This document shows positions 47,940 through 56,936 of a DNA stretch of 64,000 nt, piece by piece. Every line of letters starts with the position of its first letter. Position 1 is the stretch's first letter. The position numbers were made by a program, and so were the translations under genes. The notes beneath the pieces are model-generated. The model had not been told where the DNA came from and did not search any database. It saw only the letters and a list, made by a program, of their open reading frames with translations. The stretch covers positions 157,343-221,342 of IMG/VR virus record IMGVR_UViG_3300022866_000322. One strand, written 5' to 3'.

Positions 47940-50147
47940 ATGGCTGTTAATATTAATATTCCTGGAATCGGCACTGTCAGTGCTTCTGATGCGGCTACTG
48001 AATCAACGTTACGAGCACTTTTAGCCGCCACACAAGGCGCTAACACGATTATACGGTCCAACGAGTCTACTATAGCGTACCAACAGGCACTCCAAGAACG
48101 ATCAGCGCAAGCAACTAATGCGCATATGACCTCGATTGGATCTAATACAAGGCGAGCAGGAACAGATATTAGCAGATTTGCAGATGACGTATCAAGTGGT
48201 CTTGCTGGCGTAAATGAACGGACTTACAGATTTCGCCAGTATCTAATAGATCTAAGTCATGCGGCAGCCGCACTTACTGATCGATTTGTCTCAAATTATG
48301 AAAGTTTGGCTACTGACCCGGTAGGCAGTTCAGTTAAAACAGTTAATACTTTAATTGATTTGTTTGCGGGCGCACTAAGCGGCCTATTGGGTTCTTTCAC
48401 CAGCTTTGGTAGTAAACTACTATCGATAGAAAAAGGCTTCAGCATTACTAAATTTTTATCTGGAGCTATTGATGGCATAGCTTCGGCCGCCAAGTATGTA
48501 AATGAGTTTCTTGGCAAACAATTACAAATTACGTTAGACAGTTTCCGAGAATTTAATCGTATGGGGACTACGTTTGCTGATGGTATGAGTACCATCAGAG
48601 CCGCAACCGGCAGTGCTGGAATATTACTGCAACAGTTTACACTAGGTATTAGATCGTCGATTGACAGTGTTAGAAATCTAGGTATAGGTACAGAATCAGC
48701 GACTATGTCAGTTGCAAGAGTTATGGAGCAGTTGGCAAAATCAACGCATGATATTGTAGTAAGACAACTTGATGATCAAGGAAACCTCGTAGCAGTTACG
48801 CAAACACAAAGTACATATAGAGAATCTCTTAGAAGATTGGGATACGAAATTGAAGATCAGATAGCATTGTCAGCAGACTTCTTGGCTATCCAACGTGCGT
48901 CAATGACTTCGGAGCAATTTAGGGAGTATACACGCAGGGGTATAGACCAAACAGTTGCCAAAGATACATTAGACTATGCAAAAAATCTAAGACTTATAGC
49001 CAATCTTACTGGAGTAAATGCGTCAGAATTAGCCAAAGAAGCAAGAGACAAACAGCTGTCTGCGGTAGCTTTAGCTAATCTTGATGGGGAACAAAGGAAG
49101 ATATTTGGCGGAGTGTCAACGGCATTAACACAAATGCCTGAAGTTCAAAACGCAATAGAACAGTTAATTGCTAGCCAAGGCGGCAATTACATTGACCCTG
49201 CTTTAATACAACTAACTAATACTATTCCGGAATTTGATCGAGCCATACGTAGAATTTACAGTAATATTGTTGACGGGTCAATGACTGCCGAGGAGGCAGC
49301 CCTGGCCACAGCAACAGACATGGGTGATATAGGTGAAATCGTTAAGCAAAATCAGGGCGCTTTCCGAGAAATAATTACTGCCGGTGCGTTTGGCGCAGGC
49401 GGCTCGATTGTAAGAGACACCATTAGTCTCCTTAATAGTATTAATAATTTTACAATAGATGGAAAAGCTGTAGAAGCTACTAGACTTGCTATAGAGGTAG
49501 CGTCTAACGCACCAGATAAACTTACTCAAAGTTTGAATAAGTCCGCCGAGACTATGTTAGAGATTGGCGCCGGAATTGAAAGGCTCACTACAGGCAATGT
49601 ATTAACAACATACTCTAGCTTTTTAGAAAGAGTTAACAACGGAGTAAGAGTCTTTGTTGAAGGAATTGCAAATTTGCCTACGAGTACATTGAACGCAATC
49701 CTGTCAGGGAAGGGTATTGTTGACACTGTTATTGACTCTTTCGGAGGGAAAAATAATACAACTACAGATAATCCTTACCGATACAATCCCGTCGACCCTG
49801 ATAGAAATAACCTTAGAGGTGGCCAAGGTACCGGTGAGTTTCCGTCTCAAGGAGCTGAATTATCCGGTGGCAGTAATGTTGCAATTGCTGGGCTAAATGG
49901 CGGTGATGTACTTGCTGTTATGAAACAACAAGTAGCGGAAACTAAAAATGTAACGGCTCAAGTAATTGCTGCCGCGCCAGGATCAAACGCAGACAAAGAA
50001 AGTTTAGCAGAACTTAAAGAAGTTAAAGGACTCTTGGGGCAACTAATACAAGCAGTAGACAACAACACTAGTGTTGCCCAAACTACTGCTCGCGCAAATC
50101 AAAACCAAGCAGATTCATCGTTTAGATATAATGCCTTCGGCCAGTGA
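47940..50147 (+). CDS. Tail tape measure protein (putative)
   Basis: Long A/L/S-rich helical protein; DYAKNLRLIANLTGVNASEL pattern; divergent from the hub genes. Confidence 0.65.
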   Translation: MAVNINIPGIGTVSASDAATESTLRALLAATQGANTIIRSNESTIAYQQALQERSAQATNAHMTSIGSNTRRAGTDISRFADDVSSGLAGVNERTYRFRQYLIDLSHAAAALTDRFVSNYESLATDPVGSSVKTVNTLIDLFAGALSGLLGSFTSFGSKLLSIEKGFSITKFLSGAIDGIASAAKYVNEFLGKQLQITLDSFREFNRMGTTFADGMSTIRAATGSAGILLQQFTLGIRSSIDSVRNLGIGTESATMSVARVMEQLAKSTHDIVVRQLDDQGNLVAVTQTQSTYRESLRRLGYEIEDQIALSADFLAIQRASMTSEQFREYTRRGIDQTVAKDTLDYAKNLRLIANLTGVNASELAKEARDKQLSAVALANLDGEQRKIFGGVSTALTQMPEVQNAIEQLIASQGGNYIDPALIQLTNTIPEFDRAIRRIYSNIVDGSMTAEEAALATATDMGDIGEIVKQNQGAFREIITAGAFGAGGSIVRDTISLLNSINNFTIDGKAVEATRLAIEVASNAPDKLTQSLNKSAETMLEIGAGIERLTTGNVLTTYSSFLERVNNGVRVFVEGIANLPTSTLNAILSGKGIVDTVIDSFGGKNNTTTDNPYRYNPVDPDRNNLRGGQGTGEFPSQGAELSGGSNVAIAGLNGGDVLAVMKQQVAETKNVTAQVIAAAPGSNADKESLAELKEVKGLLGQLIQAVDNNTSVAQTTARANQNQADSSFRYNAFGQ

Positions 50148-50150
50148 TGC

Positions 50151-50158
50151 GATAAATA
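50151..50158 (+). promoter_or_regulatory. Late promoter (GATAAATA) for portal
   Basis: NATAAATA about 24 nt upstream of the ATG at 50182. Confidence 0.7.
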
Positions 50159-50181
50159 TAACACAACTTCGGAATCACTAA

Positions 50182-51930
50182 ATGACCTGGCGAAAATATT
50201 TTAAAAGTAGCAACATACCTAGCAACGTAAGTCCTATAGGCAGTGGCCGTAGCAGTGGTGCAAACCCTGACTATCGCAACTTTGAGAGCAACTTGCCTGA
50301 CGTATACATTGGTCACCCAAATCGTACTGAACGTTATAATCAGTACGAGCAGATGGACATGGATTCAGAGATCAATGCCGCACTGGATATCCTTGCCGAG
50401 TTTATGACACAAACTAACGAATCAAACGGCACAAATTTTGACATACACTTTAAAGATAGTCCTACAGACAACGAAGTAAACATAATCAAAGAACAGTTAC
50501 AACAGTGGGTATCACTTAATGAATTAAACAAACGCACGTTTAAGATCATACGAAATACTATCAAGTATGGAGATCAAGTATTTGTGCGTGACCCAGAGAA
50601 CTTCAAGTTATTTTGGGTAGAAATGAGTAAAGTTACAAAGGTTATTGTTAACGAAGCAGACGGTAAAAAACCTGAACAGTACCTAATTAAAGATATTAAT
50701 CCTAACTTTCAAAATCTCACAGTTACATCAGTAGCCGCAACAGACACTTACATTAATCATCCACAAATTGGCGGAGGTGGTGGCGGTGCTTACACACAGC
50801 CAAACACTCCATATTCAGGTGGTAGCAGATTTAGCCATGCGCAAAATGAAACTGCTATTGATGCACAACACGTAATACACATGAGTTTGACAGAGGGATT
50901 GGACGCTTTTTGGCCATTCGGAAACAGTGTATTAGAAAACGTTTTTAAAGTTTACAAGCAAAAAGAACTGCTTGAAGACGCTATTATTATATACAGAATA
51001 CAGCGAGCACCAGAGCGTAGAGTATTCAAAATTGACGTAGGTAACATGCCATCTCACATGGCAATGGCTTATGTAGAACGTATTAAAAACGAAATACACC
51101 AGCGTCGTATCCCGTCACAAACTGGTGGCGGCGCTAACATGATGGATGCTACGTATAATCCATTAGCAATGATGGAAGATTACTTCTTCCCCGTAACAGC
51201 AGATCAACGTGGATCAAGCGTTGATGTTTTCCCTGGAGGACAGAACCTAGGCGAAATTACAGACTTGCGTTTCTTTACAAACAAACTGTTCCGTGGACTG
51301 CGTATTCCTAGTAGTTATTTGCCAACAGGGTTGGAAGACGGAACACAAAGTTTTAATGATGGGCGTGTTGGCACAGCACTAATACAAGAATGGCGCTTTA
51401 ATCAATATTGTAAGCGTCTGCAAAATATGATTGTTGACAAACTAGATCAAGAGTTTAAAACATTCATGCGATGGCGTGGTATTAATATTGATAGTCAACT
51501 GTTTGATCTTAAGTTAGCAGAGCCACAAAACTTTGCACAGTATCGCCAAGCAGATGTTGACTCAGCTCGTATTGCAACATTCGCACAGTTAGAAGCATTT
51601 CCTTACATGAGCAAACGTTTCTTGATGAAGCGTTATTTAGGTATGACAGAACAAGAGATGACCGAAAACGAAGAAATGTGGTCACAAGAACAGGGCGACA
51701 TAGAAACAGCACCAGCAGACGATGCATCATTGCGTAACGTTGGTATAAGTCCAGGTACTATTGCAGGTGACTTAGAAAATGTAGAAACTGCTAGTGAAGT
51801 TCCACCCGGAGCTGAAAGTCAAGCTGGTGGTGCACCAACAGGTGTTCCGGATACAGTAGGCCCAGGTTCGGCGCAAGGTCCTGGACCAGGAGCCGCAGGA
51901 GCTCAACCGTCAGCTCAAACTGCAGGATAG
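50182..51930 (+). CDS. gp20: Portal vertex protein
   Basis: YKQKELLEDAIIIYRIQRAPERRVFKIDVGNMP..EDYFFP..LPGGQNLG-like VFPGGQNLGEITDL..KLFRGLRIPSSYL. Confidence 0.95.
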   Translation: MTWRKYFKSSNIPSNVSPIGSGRSSGANPDYRNFESNLPDVYIGHPNRTERYNQYEQMDMDSEINAALDILAEFMTQTNESNGTNFDIHFKDSPTDNEVNIIKEQLQQWVSLNELNKRTFKIIRNTIKYGDQVFVRDPENFKLFWVEMSKVTKVIVNEADGKKPEQYLIKDINPNFQNLTVTSVAATDTYINHPQIGGGGGGAYTQPNTPYSGGSRFSHAQNETAIDAQHVIHMSLTEGLDAFWPFGNSVLENVFKVYKQKELLEDAIIIYRIQRAPERRVFKIDVGNMPSHMAMAYVERIKNEIHQRRIPSQTGGGANMMDATYNPLAMMEDYFFPVTADQRGSSVDVFPGGQNLGEITDLRFFTNKLFRGLRIPSSYLPTGLEDGTQSFNDGRVGTALIQEWRFNQYCKRLQNMIVDKLDQEFKTFMRWRGINIDSQLFDLKLAEPQNFAQYRQADVDSARIATFAQLEAFPYMSKRFLMKRYLGMTEQEMTENEEMWSQEQGDIETAPADDASLRNVGISPGTIAGDLENVETASEVPPGAESQAGGAPTGVPDTVGPGSAQGPGPGAAGAQPSAQTAG

Positions 51931-51938
51931 TATAAATA
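51931..51938 (+). promoter_or_regulatory. Late promoter (TATAAATA)
   Basis: Exact consensus right after the portal stop codon. Confidence 0.75.
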
Positions 51939-51943
51939 ATAAT

Positions 51944-52174
51944 ATGTTTTTAGCTGAACTATACCAAAAGACCGAAAAAGGTTACTATTCGCCAGGCGAT
52001 GACAACTCTACTATGCATTTGAGTGACATGCGCAAAGGTTCACGCCTTTCCCTCAGCGATCTAAATAGACTACGCATGAGTAACGATGTGCGTAAAATTG
52101 AACACGAAAAGAAACTGACTCGTGTGTCAACACAGTACAAACCACCTGTAGAAGCTGGTGGTATCGGCTTATAG
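51944..52174 (+). CDS. Small conserved-looking head-module protein
   Basis: 76-aa ORF between portal and prohead core; RLSLSDLNRLR motif. Confidence 0.65.
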   Translation: MFLAELYQKTEKGYYSPGDDNSTMHLSDMRKGSRLSLSDLNRLRMSNDVRKIEHEKKLTRVSTQYKPPVEAGGIGL

Positions 52175-52265
52175 CCCACAAATCACTTCAAAAAACACCT
52201 ATTTAACTAGTAATATACCTATATTTGTTAAATACTCAACAGCCATATTAAATTAAGGAGTCACT

Positions 52266-53189
52266 ATGAACAAATATGAACAGCTTATAGAATATATCAT
52301 CAACGAAGATGAAGACAAAGCCAAGGCTTTATTTCATGATATCGTTGTTGAAAAATCACGAGACATTTATGAGACTTTGATGGACGAAGAAACCGTTGAT
52401 GAAACAATTGGTGGAAACGAAGTCGAAGACTTGGTAGACGAAATACAAGCCGACGAAACCGACGGCATTCCTGAAGGCGACATGGACATGGACGCTGAAG
52501 AGGAAATGATGAGCGGTGACGACGAAGTCGACGCTGAAGAAGGCGGTGAAGAAGATCTTGAAGATAAAGTTATGGATCTTGAAAAAGAGTTAGACGAGCT
52601 CAAAGCAGAATTTGATGCATTGATGGCAGATGAGATGGACGAGCCAGCACATAGCGATATGGAAATGGACATGGACATGGACATGGGCGCTAGTGATTCC
52701 GAAGCTGACGAGTTAGAAATGTATGAAGGCGATAAGAAATACAAGAAAATGGAAGAAGACGAAGTCGACGAAGCACATTGCACGCCTGCACACAGAAAAA
52801 AGAAAATGGAAGAAGACGAAGAAGTAGTTGAGGATGCAGAGGAAGTTGCAGAATCAACAAAGCCAAAAGCAAAATACTCTAAGTCAGCAGTTGATCTTAT
52901 GCGTGAGTACGTTGAAAAAGTTGCAATGCCAGCAGGCGAAGATAACAAAGCAGTATCACCAGTTGCAGGATCAAATGACATGGGTGGTACGGCAGTTGAC
53001 TTTGACGCAGGCGGAGACAGTAACCCAGACGGAACAAGCGCACCTAAGGAAGGTAAAGTAGATAAAATGCCACATGCTGGTAACTACCAAAACGTTCCAG
53101 GCGCCAAAGCAAATCTTAGCAAAGCAACAGGTGCTAAAAATACCGAAGAGGCAGGCGTTAACACCAAGGCTGTCGAAGGTGACAAGTAA
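52266..53189 (+). CDS. Acidic prohead core / scaffold-like protein
   Basis: Very D/E-rich, AAGGAG RBS, located between portal and protease like T4 gp67/gp68. Confidence 0.6.
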   Translation: MNKYEQLIEYIINEDEDKAKALFHDIVVEKSRDIYETLMDEETVDETIGGNEVEDLVDEIQADETDGIPEGDMDMDAEEEMMSGDDEVDAEEGGEEDLEDKVMDLEKELDELKAEFDALMADEMDEPAHSDMEMDMDMDMGASDSEADELEMYEGDKKYKKMEEDEVDEAHCTPAHRKKKMEEDEEVVEDAEEVAESTKPKAKYSKSAVDLMREYVEKVAMPAGEDNKAVSPVAGSNDMGGTAVDFDAGGDSNPDGTSAPKEGKVDKMPHAGNYQNVPGAKANLSKATGAKNTEEAGVNTKAVEGDK

Positions 53190-53203
53190 ACTAGGACAAT
53201 AAT

Positions 53204-53845
53204 ATGGCTTTGTACCTAAAAGAGAATCTTACTTTTGACCGGGCCAAGATTGAGGTCATCTCAGAAGACAGCAATACTGGTCAAGGTAAGAATCTTTATA
53301 TGAAAGGGATATTCATTGAGGGAGGCGTCAAAAACGCTAACGAACGTGTTTATCCGCTTCACGAAATTGAAAAAGCCGTTTCGAGTATTAATGAACAAAT
53401 CAAAGAAGGACACAGCGTCCTAGGCGAAGTAGATCACCCAGATGATTTAAAAATTAACTTGGATCGTGTATCACATATGATTGAAAGTATGTGGATGGAC
53501 GGACCATGCGGCCACGGTAAACTTAAAATCCTTCCAACACCAATGGGAAAACTAGTTGAATCTATGATTACTAGCGGTGTTAAGTTGGGTGTTAGTTCAC
53601 GTGGTAGCGGCGAAGTTAATGAGAGTTCGGGACACGTTAACAATTTTGAAATTATTACTGTTGACGTTGTCGCACAACCAAGTGCTCCACATGCTTATCC
53701 AACCCCAATTTATGAGGGGTTAATGAACATGCGTGGTGGACACAACATATTTGAAGTAGCGAAAGAAGCTACTCAAGATCAAAGAGTACAAAAGTACCTG
53801 AAAGAAGGCGTTTTACGCTTAATCAAGGACCTTAAGTTAAAATAG
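53204..53845 (+). CDS. gp21: Prohead protease
   Basis: KGIFIEGGVKNANERVYP..LGEVDHP..RVSHMI..KLKILPTPMG..GVSSRGSG..DVVAQPSAPHAYP. Confidence 0.95.
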   Translation: MALYLKENLTFDRAKIEVISEDSNTGQGKNLYMKGIFIEGGVKNANERVYPLHEIEKAVSSINEQIKEGHSVLGEVDHPDDLKINLDRVSHMIESMWMDGPCGHGKLKILPTPMGKLVESMITSGVKLGVSSRGSGEVNESSGHVNNFEIITVDVVAQPSAPHAYPTPIYEGLMNMRGGHNIFEVAKEATQDQRVQKYLKEGVLRLIKDLKLK

Positions 53846-53854
53846 GAGAACTAG

Positions 53855-54961
53855 ATGTTAGATGCTATCAAGCCATTGATAGATAGCGGTATCATTAACG
53901 AAGATACGCAAGAAGCAATCACTGAAGCATGGGAAGCAAAACTTTCCGAAGCTAAAGAAATTGCCCGTGCAGAACTTCGTGAAGAATTCGCACACCGCTA
54001 TCAACATGACAAACAAGTAATGGTTGAAGCTCTAGACAAAATGGTAACTGAAAGTCTCCAGTCAGAACTTGAAGAATTTGCTTCAGAAAAGCAAGCACTT
54101 GCTGAAGATCGTGTGAAGTTTAAAACACACATGAACGAAAGCAGTACTAAATTTAATGATTTCATGGTAACAAAATTAGCAGAAGAAATCAAAGAACTTA
54201 GAACAGATCGCAAGCAGTACGAGAATAGTGTATCTAAACTCGAACAGTTTGTTATCAAGCAACTTGCAGAAGAGATTCAAGAGTTTGAGCAAGACAAGCA
54301 GGCAGTAGTAGAAACAAAAGTCCGCTTGATTGCTGGAGCAAAAGACAAATTAGCAGAATTACAGCAGAACTTCGTATCACGTAGTTCGGCACTTGTTAAA
54401 GAGTCAGTTGCTAAAAACCTAGAGTCAGAAATGACTCAACTCAAAGAAGACATCCATCAAGCACGTGAAAACATGTTTGGTCGTCAAATCTTTGAAGCCT
54501 TTGCTTCAGAATTCGCTGTTACTCACTTAAATGAGAACAAAGAAATCCAGAAGTTGCAGGCTGTTGTTGTTGCTAAAGAGGAAGCTCTCGCAGAAGCTAA
54601 ATCACAAGCAGAAGAAAAAGCAACAATTGCTGAGTCGAAAGATAAAGAAATTAAAATGATTAAGGAATCGGCGGAACGCAAGGATACACTTGCTGACCTG
54701 TTGAAACCACTTAATAAAGAGAAAGCCGCAGTGATGAGCGAACTTCTCGAAAGTGTGCAGACTGCTAAGTTGCAGAAATCATACGACAAGTATCTACCGG
54801 CAGTTTTAAACGCAAACGGCAGGACAGTTAACGAAGCGAAAGCAGTGTTAACAGAAAGCCGTGTTGAAGTTACTGGTGATAAATCTGCTAAACAAACCAA
54901 CGCAAGAACACAAGACGACAATAATAATGTTGTTGAGATCAAGCGTTTAGCAGGGCTTTAA
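53855..54961 (+). CDS. gp22: Prohead scaffolding protein
   Basis: E/K/A-rich coiled coil between protease and capsid genes. Confidence 0.8.
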   Translation: MLDAIKPLIDSGIINEDTQEAITEAWEAKLSEAKEIARAELREEFAHRYQHDKQVMVEALDKMVTESLQSELEEFASEKQALAEDRVKFKTHMNESSTKFNDFMVTKLAEEIKELRTDRKQYENSVSKLEQFVIKQLAEEIQEFEQDKQAVVETKVRLIAGAKDKLAELQQNFVSRSSALVKESVAKNLESEMTQLKEDIHQARENMFGRQIFEAFASEFAVTHLNENKEIQKLQAVVVAKEEALAEAKSQAEEKATIAESKDKEIKMIKESAERKDTLADLLKPLNKEKAAVMSELLESVQTAKLQKSYDKYLPAVLNANGRTVNEAKAVLTESRVEVTGDKSAKQTNARTQDDNNNVVEIKRLAGL

Positions 54962-54988
54962 TAACCCTAAAAGGAAAAAGGAAAAGAA

Positions 54989-56173
54989 ATGACACAAGCA
55001 CTATTAGAAAGCCGTTGGGGCGAAACAAAAGATGCCCTGTTAGAAGGACTAAATGGCTCCAAGCGTACTACAATGGGAGTTATTCTTGAAAACACCCGCA
55101 AGAGTTTGCAAGAGACCGCTACTGCTGGCTCAACAGCCGCTGGTAACGTTGCTACATTGAACCGTGTAATTTTACCAGTCATTAGACGAGTAATGCCAAC
55201 CGTTATTGCTAACGAAATTGTTGGTGTACAGCCTATGACAGGTCCAGTTGCACAGATTCACACACTACGTGTACGTTATGCTGATAACGCTACATCAACA
55301 GCAGGTGCGCCATTTGATACAAGCGTTACTGCTGGTGACGAAGCACTATCACCATTTAAGATTGCTACAGTATATTCAGGTAGTACTGCTACCGGTCGTG
55401 CTGACAGCACAAGTACACTTGAAGGTACACCAGGTAACAAGATCAACGTCCAGATCTTAAAGCAAGTTGTTGAAGCTAAGACACGTAAGCTATCAGCACG
55501 TTGGACATTCGAAGCCGCTCAAGATGCGCAAGCAATGCACGGCTTAGATATTGAAGCAGAAGTTATGGCAGCTCTTGCACAAGAGATTACAGTTGAAATT
55601 GATCAAGAAGTTCTTGGTTCACTTCGTAGTCTTGCTGGTACTGAGTTCACATATAACCAGGCAGCAGTATCTGGTACAGCTACTTACGTTGGTGATGAGC
55701 ATGCCGCATTGGCAGTTCTTATCAACAGAACAGCTAACTTGATTGCATCACGCACACGTCGTGGCGCAGGTAACTGGGCAGTTGTTTCACCAGCCGCTTT
55801 AACAGTTCTCCAAAGCGCAACAACAAGTGCTTTTGCACGTACAACTGAAGGCACATTTGAAGCACCTACAAACACCAAGTTTGTTGGTACATTGAATGGC
55901 GCAATGAAAGTTTATGTAGACAGCTATGCTGGCGATGCACAGGCAGTTCTAGTTGGTTACAAAGGTTCAAGCGAAGCAGATGCAGCCGCATTCTATTGCC
56001 CATATGTTCCATTAATGAGCAGTGGTGTTGTGTTGGATCCATCAACACTTGAGCCAGTAGTTGGCTTTATGACCCGCTACGGGTACGTAGAGCTCACCAA
56101 TACAGCATCATCGTTTGGTAATGCAGCCGACTATCTCGGGGAAATCGCAGTTTCTAACTTGTCTTTCCAGTAA
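54989..56173 (+). CDS. gp23: Major capsid protein
   Basis: RRVMPTVIANEIVGVQPMTGP..KTRKLSARWTFEAAQDAQAMHGLDIEAE..EITVEIDQE..FYCPYVPL..GFMTRYG. Confidence 0.97.
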   Translation: MTQALLESRWGETKDALLEGLNGSKRTTMGVILENTRKSLQETATAGSTAAGNVATLNRVILPVIRRVMPTVIANEIVGVQPMTGPVAQIHTLRVRYADNATSTAGAPFDTSVTAGDEALSPFKIATVYSGSTATGRADSTSTLEGTPGNKINVQILKQVVEAKTRKLSARWTFEAAQDAQAMHGLDIEAEVMAALAQEITVEIDQEVLGSLRSLAGTEFTYNQAAVSGTATYVGDEHAALAVLINRTANLIASRTRRGAGNWAVVSPAALTVLQSATTSAFARTTEGTFEAPTNTKFVGTLNGAMKVYVDSYAGDAQAVLVGYKGSSEADAAAFYCPYVPLMSSGVVLDPSTLEPVVGFMTRYGYVELTNTASSFGNAADYLGEIAVSNLSFQ

Positions 56174-56192
56174 TAGTAACAAGCAAAAACAG

Positions 56193-56218
56193 AAAAGGGG
56201 TCGCAAGACCCTTTTTTT
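56193..56218 (+). terminator. Intrinsic terminator after the capsid gene
   Basis: AAAAGGGGTC-GCAA-GACCC followed by TTTTTTT. Confidence 0.9.
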
Positions 56219-56275
56219 GTGACTTAAAACTCTATTTGATTCAACACCTTTTCTGTCAATATAAAACAAAATAAC

Positions 56276-56306
56276 TTGACTTAATATGACGGTTAGTGTA
56301 TAAATA
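56276..56306 (+). promoter_or_regulatory. Composite promoter: sigma70 TTGACT-17-TATAAA whose -10 box is also the late promoter TATAAATA
   Basis: TTGACT at 56276-56281 and TATAAATA at 56299-56306; the predicted +1 lies just before the first aptamer. Confidence 0.8.
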
Positions 56307-56311
56307 TATAT

Positions 56312-56363
56312 ACGTTCAGCTGAGAGGCCGGAAGTAGACTTCATTATTAGTCGAAGGAACGCA
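56312..56363 (+). ncRNA. Glutamine-I riboswitch aptamer (glnA RNA motif), copy 1
   Basis: P1 CGTTC/GAACG; P2 GCT-GAGA-GGC; CGGAAGTA E-loop strand; P3 GACT-TCATTATT-AGTC; GAAG. This fits the glnA motif layout as I recall it. Confidence 0.85.
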
Positions 56364-56368
56364 TTATC

Positions 56369-56420
56369 ATCGTTCATCTCGAAAGAGACGGAAGTAGGTA
56401 ATGGTTACCGAAGGAACGCA
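56369..56420 (+). ncRNA. Glutamine-I riboswitch aptamer (glnA RNA motif), copy 2
   Basis: P1 CGTTC/GAACG; P2 TCTC-GAAA-GAGA; CGGAAGTA; P3 GGTAA-TGG-TTACC; GAAG. Compensatory stem changes relative to copy 1. Confidence 0.9.
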
Positions 56421-56447
56421 CCTAACTTTAAAAAGGAGGGTGTTAAA

Positions 56448-56555
56448 ATGACAATGTGGACTCAATATTGTAGACTACATGCACTTGATGACTATCGCAA
56501 GTTATGCATGTTGAAACTTTTGTTGTTGCGTACATTACACAACACATACAAGTGA
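56448..56555 (+). CDS. 35-aa small protein under riboswitch control (MTMWTQYCRLHALDDYRKLCMLKLLLLRTLHNTYK)
   Basis: Strong SD AAGGAGG 8 nt upstream; bracketed by the aptamers and a terminator; below the ORF-track size cutoff. Confidence 0.75.
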   Translation: MTMWTQYCRLHALDDYRKLCMLKLLLLRTLHNTYK

Positions 56556-56561
56556 ACTTCG

Positions 56562-56585
56562 AGGGGTGTAACTGCCCCTTTTTTT
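56562..56585 (+). terminator. Intrinsic terminator after the small ORF
   Basis: AGGGGTG-TAAC-TGCCCCT followed by a T run. Confidence 0.8.
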
Positions 56586-56622
56586 ATAACTGCTATTACA
56601 TATTATTTAAGGAGGATCTTGG

Positions 56623-56907
56623 ATGAATACAGCTACAGAAGTAAAGTGCGAAACGCTCAATATCCGCATAGAACCCAAAGTTCGAGATCTAATTGATCGT
56701 GCGGCGAAGTCACGCGGCAAAAATCTCACGGACTTCATACTGGAGTCTGCTCGTCTCGCTGCAGAAGACACTCTGCTCGACCAGGTGATCATGGCGACCA
56801 GCCCAGACGCCTTTGCGCAGTTTCAGGCTCGCTTGGATATGCTACCTAAGCCTAATGACCGTTTACGCAAAACTATGCTCACGCCTGCTCCCTGGGAGCG
56901 TGAATGA
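56623..56907 (+). CDS. tacA: TacA/DUF1778 ribbon-helix-helix antitoxin (orphan)
   Basis: ETLNIRIEP..RDLIDRAAKSRGKNLTDFILESARLAAED.L..F.ARLD..P.PN.RLRKTM.TPAPWE closely follows the TacA pattern; AAGGAGG RBS; about 53% GC by hand count. Confidence 0.88.
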   Translation: MNTATEVKCETLNIRIEPKVRDLIDRAAKSRGKNLTDFILESARLAAEDTLLDQVIMATSPDAFAQFQARLDMLPKPNDRLRKTMLTPAPWERE

Positions 56908-56927
56908 AGTTGGCTGCTTTTTTATGA
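56904..56927 (+). pseudogene. Possible 5' remnant of the cognate GNAT toxin (ATG AAG TTG GCT.. then stop)
   Basis: ATGA start/stop overlap with the antitoxin, as in tacAT operons. The frame enters the AT-rich repeat and stops after 7 codons. Confidence 0.5.
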
Positions 56928-56936
56928 CTACTATTA

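Noticed and set aside
52740-52830. Short duplication AAGAAAATGGAAGAAGACGAAG (KKMEEDE twice)
   Set aside because: Ordinary low-complexity expansion in a disordered acidic scaffold protein.
52367-52981. 204-aa minus-strand Ser-rich ORF
   Set aside because: Antisense mirror of the GAA/GAC-rich acidic prohead core gene.
56108-56377. 89-aa minus-strand ORF across the capsid terminator and aptamer 1
   Set aside because: It overlaps the gp23 end, terminator, promoter and riboswitch; no SD; the plus-strand elements explain the sequence.
56329-56420. Repeated CGGAAGTAG / CGAAGGAACGCA words as a mini-CRISPR array
   Set aside because: Only two units, the variable parts are self-complementary stems and there are no cas genes; fully explained by tandem riboswitch aptamers.
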